Assembly: GCA_000092065.1 (NCBI GenBank)
Contig: CP000592.1
Source: Ostreococcus lucimarinus
Lineage: Eukaryota
Length of the DNA: 64,000 nucleotides
Direction: 5' to 3' (one strand)
A program made the position numbers and the translations under genes. Positions 9,307-17,043 of this stretch are shown piece after piece; the stretch's first letter is position 1, and each line of letters starts with the position of its first letter. The notes beneath the pieces were generated by a model. That model saw nothing but the letters and a program-made list of their open reading frames with translations, searched no databases and was not told where the DNA came from.

Positions 9307-12300
9307 ATGGGCGTCCGCGACCTGTGGCGGCTGCTCGAACCGAGCGGTCGTCGCGCGGACGCCGACAGCGTGCGAGGCAAGCGCGTGGCCGTCGACGCGT
9401 CCATCTGGCTGGTGCAATTCATCAAGGCGACGCGCGACGAAGACGGCGACGTCGCGGCGCGCGCGCACGTCGCCGGGTTCTTTCGCAGGATCGCGCGGTT
9501 GCTGCGTCACGGCGCGCGACCGGTGTTCGTGTTCGACGGGGCGACGCCGGCGCTGAAGAGGCGGACGACGGCGACGCGACGACGCGCGCGGGAGCGGAGC
9601 GCGGCGAAGGTGCGCGTGGCGGCGGAGAAGGTTTTGTTGAACGAACTGAAGCGACGGGCGCTGGTGGCGGCGGCGAACGGAGGGGAGGTGGGAAATGGAG
9701 GGGGGGTGGCGATCGCGGCGCGCGATGGGGACGATGGAGACGACGGCGACGAGCGGGATTCGGAGGCGGAGGCGGAGGAGGAGGAGGAGGAGGAGTTGGA
9801 CGTGTTCGTGCCGGACGGCGAATCGATCGATCCCGAGGTGCTCGGCGCGCTGCCGCCGTCGGTGCGAATGGAGGTCGTGATGCGAATGCGGGATAAGCGC
9901 GTGGCGGATAATCGAGAGCATTTCGCCGCGGCTTCGGGAAAGATGCAAGATTTCAGCGCGTTGCAGTTGGAGACGTATCTTAAAGGGACGAAATTGAAGC
10001 GAGAGATCGATCGCGTGATGCAGAAATCGGATTTGAACGATCCGATGACGTCCAAACGCGTCGCGGCGCAGGATAATCGCGATTTTATATTTGCCGGACC
10101 ATCTTCGTCGAATCGAACGACTTCGAGCGGAGCGCTGGCGCTCGCGCCGCCGCAGCCGCCGCCGTCGACGTCGGGGGTGTTAGGTTTGACGACGGGTACG
10201 TTTGCGTCGGATCAACTCGCTGGGGTGCGAACGGGGCGACGTGGTCGCGCGCCGACGGCGCTCGTCGCGCCGCAAGAACGATTTTTAGTGACGAACCTTC
10301 ACCCGACGCTTCCGACGCCATCAGTCGCCAAATCCGTCGCGGAGACGCCCATCGTGTTGAGCAAAGAGCCATCGACGTTGGATTTGCAAATCTCATTCAC
10401 CACGGAAAATATCAAAGCTGCGGCGAAAGACCCGTTATTCGCGAGCGCGGACGACGCCACGGCGGCCGATGAAGACGAAGACGACATCGTCGCCGTTGCC
10501 GACGCCGACGAGGAATGGGAAGACGTGGAAGACGACGTCAAACCGTCGCCCGCGAAACTCGCGCTTGCCGCGCCGTCACCGCTAGCCCGTCATGACGATG
10601 ACGTTATGGATTTGAGTGAAGACGCTGACGACGCCGATGATGAGTCACACGGCGATGGAACCGCGTTGAAACGCAAGAGCGTGTACTCTCTCAGCCACGG
10701 TTTTCTCAAAGGGCGAAGCTTGGGTGGATGGGACGCCGACGAAGAAGAGGCTGCTGTGCGAGCCGCGGCGGAGGCTGAAACAGAAGCAGACGTCGACGCC
10801 GCAATAGCCATCGGTGTGCGAGGAGATGAAGAAGCGTTAGCGCCGTTGAATCACGACGACGAGAGTGAGCAGTTGCAAAGGGCCATCGCGATGAGCGTCG
10901 CTACGGCGCGCGAGGAAGAGTCGCCGACCAAGGCAGCCGCAGACGGTGTGGAAGTTGAAGCACAATTAGAAACGAACGAGAGTGAAGACGGAAACAACAA
11001 TGATGATGATGACAAAGATGACGACGGGTTGAAAGCAGCGATAGCGATGAGTTTGGCCAAGCACGTCGACGATTCTTTGAAACAGTCGGATGATTCTAAA
11101 GAAGTAGACGTCGTCGAGATTGAAGAAACGAAGCAAGAAGAAGAAATCGATTCGGAAGAAGAGCAGTGGATCGAGGCGGCGCGCGAAGCTGAACGCATCG
11201 CCGAGCGCGCCCGAGTGGAACGTCTAATTTGCGAAGCAGAGGAAGAGCAAGAGCGTCTGAAGCATGAGATTCGTCAAGCCAAGAAAGGTGCCGAACACGT
11301 CACGGATGAGATGTACCGAGACGTCCAAGAACTGCTCACGCTTTTCGGAATTCCTTACATCATCGCGCCGCAAGAAGCTGAAGCGCAGTGCGCGTATCTC
11401 AACCAGCACAAGCTTGTCGACGCCGTCATCACGGACGATAGCGATGTCTTTCTGTTTGGCGCATCGCACGTGTACAGAAACTTTTTCTCGGAGAAAAAAT
11501 ACTGCGAAGTCTACACCGCAGATCGTATCAAGAGAGAACTAGGACTCGATCGAGATCGTTTCATTCAACTCGCGCTCTTGCTCGGGAGCGATTACACCGA
11601 AGGCGTCGGCGGCGTCGGCATCGTGAACGCGCTCGAAATCGTCAGCGTGTTTAAAGGAAACGTTATGGATGCGAGTAAAGCGTTCAGAGAGTGGATTGAT
11701 ATGGAAGAACTCACCATGGTTCCCGAACGCTTGCTTCCTTCGCCGTCGAAAACGTCCGCGGAGAGCGCGACGGACGACGCGATCACCGCCGCCTTCAAAG
11801 AGAAACATCGCTCGCTGAAAAAGAGTTGGGAAGTTCCCGCGAATTACCCATCCCTAGAAGTCGTCAAAGCGTACCAGTATCCGTCAGTCGATCAAAGCGA
11901 AGAAACTTTCGAGTGGGGAAAGCCTGACTTGGACATGCTTCGCTTGTTTTGCATCAAGACGTTGTCGTGGACGCGAGACGCGGCGGATCAAATTTTGCTC
12001 CCGATGATGAAATCGTGGTCGAAACGCGACGACCAGCGTCGCATCGATAGCTTCTTCGAAACTTCTCACGCTGTGAGCTCGCGAGTGGCGAAATTCCGCT
12101 CGAAACGTCTCGGAGACGCGGTGAAAAATCTCACCAACGCCTCGGGATCCGAAGTCGCGGCGATGATTCTCAAGAGAACTCGCGAGGAGGCGTTGGGAGA
12201 CGTCATCGTGGATTACGACGATGATCAGCACGACAACGCGGTTTCCGACCCGGAACCTAAACTCGACGACGGCGACGACGCCGATTTCGCTGACTTGGAC

Positions 12301-12474
12301 TTGTCGCAGTATTCGAGCGACCGCGTCGCTTCGCCGTCGCCGAAGAAGCCAAAGAACCGCGCGACCGCGAAACCCAAACCCCGAGCAAAGCCCAAGCCCG
12401 AGCCCAAGCCCGAGCCCAAAACCACGTCACCCCGCGCGTCCGCGCGATCGAATCGAAACGTCGACAAAAATTAG
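9307..12474 (+). CDS. ERCC5: XPG/ERCC5 (RAD2/UVH3) structure-specific endonuclease
   Basis: The XPG N-domain (MGVRDLWRLL...VDASIWLVQF) comes first. A long acidic spacer separates it from the XPG I-domain (GIPYIIAPQEAEAQCAYL...DDSDVFLFG) and an H3TH region. The tail is basic with KPKPEPKPEPK. Confidence 0.85.
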   Translation: MGVRDLWRLLEPSGRRADADSVRGKRVAVDASIWLVQFIKATRDEDGDVAARAHVAGFFRRIARLLRHGARPVFVFDGATPALKRRTTATRRRARERSAAKVRVAAEKVLLNELKRRALVAAANGGEVGNGGGVAIAARDGDDGDDGDERDSEAEAEEEEEEELDVFVPDGESIDPEVLGALPPSVRMEVVMRMRDKRVADNREHFAAASGKMQDFSALQLETYLKGTKLKREIDRVMQKSDLNDPMTSKRVAAQDNRDFIFAGPSSSNRTTSSGALALAPPQPPPSTSGVLGLTTGTFASDQLAGVRTGRRGRAPTALVAPQERFLVTNLHPTLPTPSVAKSVAETPIVLSKEPSTLDLQISFTTENIKAAAKDPLFASADDATAADEDEDDIVAVADADEEWEDVEDDVKPSPAKLALAAPSPLARHDDDVMDLSEDADDADDESHGDGTALKRKSVYSLSHGFLKGRSLGGWDADEEEAAVRAAAEAETEADVDAAIAIGVRGDEEALAPLNHDDESEQLQRAIAMSVATAREEESPTKAAADGVEVEAQLETNESEDGNNNDDDDKDDDGLKAAIAMSLAKHVDDSLKQSDDSKEVDVVEIEETKQEEEIDSEEEQWIEAAREAERIAERARVERLICEAEEEQERLKHEIRQAKKGAEHVTDEMYRDVQELLTLFGIPYIIAPQEAEAQCAYLNQHKLVDAVITDDSDVFLFGASHVYRNFFSEKKYCEVYTADRIKRELGLDRDRFIQLALLLGSDYTEGVGGVGIVNALEIVSVFKGNVMDASKAFREWIDMEELTMVPERLLPSPSKTSAESATDDAITAAFKEKHRSLKKSWEVPANYPSLEVVKAYQYPSVDQSEETFEWGKPDLDMLRLFCIKTLSWTRDAADQILLPMMKSWSKRDDQRRIDSFFETSHAVSSRVAKFRSKRLGDAVKNLTNASGSEVAAMILKRTREEALGDVIVDYDDDQHDNAVSDPEPKLDDGDDADFADLDLSQYSSDRVASPSPKKPKNRATAKPKPRAKPKPEPKPEPKTTSPRASARSNRNVDKN

Positions 12475-12552
12475 CTCTCGACGCCGCTAGCTCGGCGTCT
12501 GAAAAATCGCAAACAAAAAATTCGCGCTCTCTTTACAACCTCCCGCGCCCGC

Positions 12553-12960
12553 CTACCCGCTCGCCGCGAGCACCGCGGACATCGCTATGAATCCAAATAT
12601 CAACCCATACGTCACGTAATCCACCGCGCTCTTCGCCTTGCTCGCGCTCCCGAACATTCGCGATTCGTTCAGCGAGTTCACCACGCCGTCGCCCTTCGGC
12701 CCCTGAAACATGATGAGCGCCACCGTCGCCGCGCCGACGACCGCGCGCGCCGTCTCCAGCCCTCCCGCGAGCTGCGACGTCGCGATCTCCATCGCCTCGC
12801 CCGTCGGCACCGCGCGCGTCTCCCATCGTCGTCGCGTCGTCGTCGTCGTCGCGCGCGAAACCCCGACCGCGCGTCGTCGTCGCGTCGCGTCGCGCTCGCG
12901 CGCGCGCCCGCGCCCGCGCGCCGTCGTCGTCGTCGCCATCGTCGCGCGCGTCGTCGCCAT
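12553..12960 (-). CDS. hypothetical small single-pass membrane protein with transit-peptide-like N-terminus
   Basis: The ATGs at 12960, 12939 and 12792 are in frame and verified. The mature part is MEIATSQLAGG...AVDYVTYGLIFGFIAMSAVLAASG with a C-terminal TM helix. The upstream extension of the track ORF is Arg-rich artefact. Function is unknown. Confidence 0.4.
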   Translation of the reverse strand: MATTRATMATTTTARGRGRARERDATRRRRAVGVSRATTTTTRRRWETRAVPTGEAMEIATSQLAGGLETARAVVGAATVALIMFQGPKGDGVVNSLNESRMFGSASKAKSAVDYVTYGLIFGFIAMSAVLAASG

Positions 12961-13104
12961 CGTCGCGCGCGCTCGGTCCCGCGCCGCGCGTCGCGATGCG
13001 GCGACGACGACGTCGATTCGACCCGTCCCGCCGCGATCGCGATTCGCCGCACTGCGCGTCGCCGACGCGCCCGCGCACGTCCGACTCGCGCGCAGACGCG
13101 CGCG

Positions 13105-13647
13105 ATGCTCGCCTCCGTCGCGCCCGCGCGCGCGTCGCGCGTCGCGATCGTCGCGCGCGTCGACGCGCGCCGCCGAAGATGCGCCGCACCGCGCGGACGA
13201 ATCGTCGCGGCGAAGCGCGACGACGACGCCGACGGCGCGTCGAGCGCGCCGAAGGGGTTCCCGCTGAAGGGATCGTCCTCGCCCGGCGGCTCGCGCGGAC
13301 CCGGGGCGGCGCCGCTGCGCATGGAGACGACGGAGCAGAGAAAGTTTGGGTACGGCGGCGACGGGCAACCGCCGCGCGACGACGACGACGACGAGGAGGC
13401 GTGGGACGACGGATGGAATCCCGGCGACGAGGGACAACCGAGCGCGTGGGGGTTGGTAATTCTGTTGGTCATCGGATCGTGGGCGCTGTGGGAGTATAAA
13501 CGACCGGGAGGGTCGCTGAACCCGGAGACGAAGCGAAGGAAGCAGCGCGCGAGGTACGAGCGCGCGTTCAAGGCCAAGTACGGGTACCTGCCGGGCGAAC
13601 GACCGCCGTCGACGGGCGCGACGGGGTCGATCTCGGGATTGGATTGA
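13105..13647 (+). CDS. hypothetical small protein with one TM helix (alternative start 13321)
   Basis: An acidic stretch is followed by WGLVILLVIGSWALWEY and a basic tail. It is transcribed divergently from the 12553..12960 gene. No homology was recognised. Confidence 0.3.
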   Translation: MLASVAPARASRVAIVARVDARRRRCAAPRGRIVAAKRDDDADGASSAPKGFPLKGSSSPGGSRGPGAAPLRMETTEQRKFGYGGDGQPPRDDDDDEEAWDDGWNPGDEGQPSAWGLVILLVIGSWALWEYKRPGGSLNPETKRRKQRARYERAFKAKYGYLPGERPPSTGATGSISGLD

Positions 13648-13682
13648 TCGCGGTTTTGAATCGTCGACGACTCGGACGGCGT

Positions 13683-13735
13683 CGATTCGATTCGATTCGA
13701 TTCGATTCGGTTCGATTCGATTCCGTTCCGTTCGG
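13683..13735. repeat. (GATTC)n pentanucleotide microsatellite
   Basis: Seen directly: gattcgattcgattcgattcgattcggttcgattcgattcc. Confidence 0.85.
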
Positions 13736-13810
13736 CGCTCGCGACTCGACTCGGGCAATTTTAAACCATCTCCGCGAGTCTCGATCGACGCGTCTCGCGT
13801 CGCGCGACGA

Positions 13811-14377
13811 ATGAAATCGTGTTTTCCCATCGTCATCGCTCGACCCGCGCGTTCGCTCGCGTCGTCGCGGTCGCCGTCGCCGTCGTTCGCTCCGCTCGCG
13901 TCTCGCCTCGCCTCGCGTTCGCGCCACAGCTCGGCGCGCGATCGATCGATCGATCGATACATGTTCCCGACGAGCGTGCGCAAACCATCGCCCGGACCCG
14001 CGCCTGACGCGAGCGAAAGCGACGAGCGCGCGGCGTCTCCCGCGCCGTCGGAACCGAGCGCGCGGACGTCGGACGACGAGCGCGTCGAGCGCGACTACGA
14101 CGAGGGCGCGGCGGAATCGGCGCGAGAAAAGTACCGACTTCAGGGCAAAGCCGGGTGCGATCGCGTCCTCGAAGCGCTGCGACGGGAGAAAGAGAGCGTG
14201 AAAGAGACGCGACAGTACCTGTTCGGACGGTTGTTGAACCTGCAGCTCGAAGAGGCGGTGCTGCGGGATCATCTGAACGCGACGGTGAACGCGGCGAGCG
14301 ATGCCGCGAGGGAGGGAAACGGGGGATCGGGACGTGAAGTGGAAGCGAGGGAAACGCAGAGCGGCGCTGAAACATAA
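13811..14377 (+). CDS. hypothetical ORF; possibly the 5' exon of the downstream tRNA-splicing endonuclease gene
   Basis: This is a 188-aa ORF with no recognisable domain. It overlaps the next ORF by 77 nt in a different frame. Confidence 0.3.
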   Translation: MKSCFPIVIARPARSLASSRSPSPSFAPLASRLASRSRHSSARDRSIDRYMFPTSVRKPSPGPAPDASESDERAASPAPSEPSARTSDDERVERDYDEGAAESAREKYRLQGKAGCDRVLEALRREKESVKETRQYLFGRLLNLQLEEAVLRDHLNATVNAASDAAREGNGGSGREVEARETQSGAET

Positions 14378-15164
14378 GAGACCCGAACAATTGGTGGAGT
14401 CGCTGATTCGGGAGTTCGGCGTGGTGCGAGGGACGCGCGCGAGGGGGCAGGTTTGGATCGGGGCGACGCGGCGGTTGGGGTATCTGTTGGAGCAGACGTG
14501 TTTGGGGCGAAGAGCGCGCGCGGGGACGGAGATTGGCGTGCCGTTGACGCCGAATGGGGCCGGAAACGAACTCGTGATACGAGTCTGCTGCGAGGATGCG
14601 TATTACATGTGCGCGTTTTTGCGGTGTTTAGTGGTGAGCGAGGACGGGGACGAAGACGCGGCGCGGGAAATTCGGCTCGGGTTAGGGACGCGGGAGATGG
14701 ACTGCGAGACGCTTTGGCGCGTGTTTCGACGCGATTGTGGGCACGCGTTCGCATTGAAGTGCGCGGCGACGGTGCACTTCAGACTCACGGGTTGGTTACC
14801 GCGCAGCGGATTACAATACGGTGCAGATTTCGTGTTATACCAGCGTCACCCGTCGCTCGTGCACAGCGACTCCACCGTGGTGCTGGTGCCCGACGCCGCC
14901 GCGCGTAGGAGCTTTCAAATCGACGACGACGACGCGCCCCATCGCGGCGTCGCGCTCGACAACGGCTGGCCCGACTGGCCCGATTTGCAGGCTACGTCAA
15001 GATTGGCCGTGCAGGTGAGCAAGAAATTCATCGAGGCGCACATCTCGGCGCCGAAAAACGTGAATTGGAACGAGCCGTCGTGCTTACAGCACATTTACGT
15101 CAACGAGATTGAAGTCTCGCGATTCAATACGAAAAAACACTTGGAGAATTACCAAGGAGATTAG
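14301..15164 (+). CDS. tRNA-splicing endonuclease catalytic subunit (Sen2/Sen34 family)
   Basis: The catalytic domain block is TGWLPRSGLQYGADFVLYQRHPSLVHSDSTVVLV, followed by SRLAVQVSKKFIEAHI. The N-terminal boundary is uncertain (see finding). Confidence 0.6.
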   Translation: MPRGRETGDRDVKWKRGKRRAALKHKRPEQLVESLIREFGVVRGTRARGQVWIGATRRLGYLLEQTCLGRRARAGTEIGVPLTPNGAGNELVIRVCCEDAYYMCAFLRCLVVSEDGDEDAAREIRLGLGTREMDCETLWRVFRRDCGHAFALKCAATVHFRLTGWLPRSGLQYGADFVLYQRHPSLVHSDSTVVLVPDAAARRSFQIDDDDAPHRGVALDNGWPDWPDLQATSRLAVQVSKKFIEAHISAPKNVNWNEPSCLQHIYVNEIEVSRFNTKKHLENYQGD

Positions 15165-15214
15165 AGAATGTGTACATCAGTTACAAACTTGTTGAATAAA
15201 AGAAAATGATCAAT

Positions 15215-16741
15215 TCATCCATCGACGGTCACCGTTTCGTCGACTTTCGAAAAATTTTTATAAAACGCCGTGAAGTGTTTGAAACAGATATCGATGTCTT
15301 CCGTGCCGCACATCTCGCGCACGGAGTGCATGCTTAGTTGAGGGATACCCACGTCTACGGTGCGGATGCCGACGCCGGCGGCGATGATCGGACCGATTGT
15401 GGAACCACATCCCATGTCGTTGCGCACCACAAAGTCTTGCGTCGGAACGTTTTCCATCTTGGCGCACTCACGAAACAAGTAAGACGTCACCGCTGTCGTC
15501 GCGTATCGCTGGTTGGCGTTGTGCTTCACCACCATGCCCTTGTGCATCTTTGGTTGATGATTATCTTCGTGCTTATCCATATAATTCGGGTGCAACGCGT
15601 GCGCCATGTCGGCGCTGACGAGGAAAGAGTTGCGCACGGTGCGTTCAACGAGACCTTCGCCGCCTTGGTTCGGCGCCGCCTTACTAAGCGCCGACGCCGC
15701 GCGTTTGATGGATTCAAACATCATCGGTGATCCGCCGCCATAAAATGACGAGCTTCCAACCTCCTCGTTGTCGAACAGCGCCACCATTTGCACGCCGGTT
15801 TGCTCGGCGAGCGCCGCCGCGCTCGTGGCTTCGATTAAAGCCCGAACGCCGCAATAGCTCGACGCCAAGTTGTCCAATCGTCCCGAAAAAATAAACTCGC
15901 GCGCCGCGCCACCGATGACGGATGGCTGCGTGTCACAAACATTCAGTTCAAAGTCAGCGATATCGCCTGGTGCGCACCCGAGCTCTTCCGCGAGAACGGC
16001 GAGCAAAAGAGCGTGATGGGCGCCGCCGTCGTTGGCCACCTTTTCCTCGAGTTCGCCTTTTATCGCGGTGGCAAGAATCGGCGCAAAATTCGTCTCCGTG
16101 TTCGGTTTGAACCCATTCGTCGAGATTTCACGATCAAGATGAATCGCGAGCGTGGGAATGCGAATGATCGGTCGATCGATGCGCACCAACTCGTGCGCCA
16201 ACTTTCCGTCTCGTTTGACGAGCACTCGCCCCGCGACGCTCAAATCGCGGTCGAACCACGTGTGCCACAACCCCCCGCCATACGTCTGCACGCCCACTTG
16301 CATGAAACCACCTTTTTTAATTTTTGACACCGGTTTCAACTTCGGGCACGGCGAATCGGTGTGCGCGGCGACAACGTTGAACCCGTTACCCGGTTCGTAC
16401 GCCCCGCCCACGGCGAACGCCACCAACGCGCTTTGGTTTCGCGTCACGTAATACTTTCCATTTCTCTTCAGATCTCCCCACTCTACGCTTTCACTGATCT
16501 TGGAGTATCCTGCAGCTTCTAAAAGCTTCACCGACGCCTCCGTGGCGTGATGCGCCGTCCACGAATCGTTCAAAAAGTCAACCAAATCGTTCGCCACGCT
16601 CGCCGCCGCGCCGCCGTTCACCGTCCCGAACCTTCGAATGTCCCGTCGGTCGTCTCGGCGTCCGCGCGCGTCGCTCTCACGCGCGAGTCGCGCGTTTATG
16701 CGCGGTGCGGCGCCACTGAACGCGCACTCGGGCGCGCGCAT
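15215..16741 (-). CDS. DNPEP: M18 aspartyl aminopeptidase
   Basis: The M18 family shows collinear similarity across the whole protein (...VAAHTDSPCPKLKP...HLDRE...NEEVGS...HALHPNY...). I chose the ATG at 16741. The track ORF runs to 17038, abutting the next gene. Confidence 0.8.
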   Translation of the reverse strand: MRAPECAFSGAAPRINARLARESDARGRRDDRRDIRRFGTVNGGAAASVANDLVDFLNDSWTAHHATEASVKLLEAAGYSKISESVEWGDLKRNGKYYVTRNQSALVAFAVGGAYEPGNGFNVVAAHTDSPCPKLKPVSKIKKGGFMQVGVQTYGGGLWHTWFDRDLSVAGRVLVKRDGKLAHELVRIDRPIIRIPTLAIHLDREISTNGFKPNTETNFAPILATAIKGELEEKVANDGGAHHALLLAVLAEELGCAPGDIADFELNVCDTQPSVIGGAAREFIFSGRLDNLASSYCGVRALIEATSAAALAEQTGVQMVALFDNEEVGSSSFYGGGSPMMFESIKRAASALSKAAPNQGGEGLVERTVRNSFLVSADMAHALHPNYMDKHEDNHQPKMHKGMVVKHNANQRYATTAVTSYLFRECAKMENVPTQDFVVRNDMGCGSTIGPIIAAGVGIRTVDVGIPQLSMHSVREMCGTEDIDICFKHFTAFYKNFSKVDETVTVDG

Positions 16742-17043
16742 CGCGCGCACGCGGCACGAAGTCGCGCTGCGCGTCGAGGTTTGTTGGGCGACTCGCGGCG
16801 ACGCCGACGCGCCGTGCGTCGCCGACGCGCGTCGCGCGCGCGCGTCGACGGCGTATCGGTGCATGACGTATCTCGTGACGCGCGTGGCGATGCGCGCAGG
16901 AGGCATCGCGCGCGAGCGGTTCGGTGAGGCGTCGTCCAATGGCGCGACGCGCGGGAGGGTTGGTTGGCGACAGTCGAAGAGACAGAATATCGTCTGTACA
17001 ACGGAAACAAAACTAAGTAAAATACAAGGTGAATGCAAGAAAA

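Noticed and set aside
13680-13740. tRNA T-arm-like GGTTCGATTC words
   Set aside because: They are part of the (GATTC)n pentamer satellite. No acceptor, D or anticodon arms can be built.
12553-13983. 476-aa minus-strand ORF and 299-aa ORF 12678..13577
   Set aside because: Only the C-terminal 135 aa, starting at verified ATGs, look protein-like. The rest is Arg-rich, runs through the (GATTC)n satellite, and overlaps a plus-strand candidate gene.
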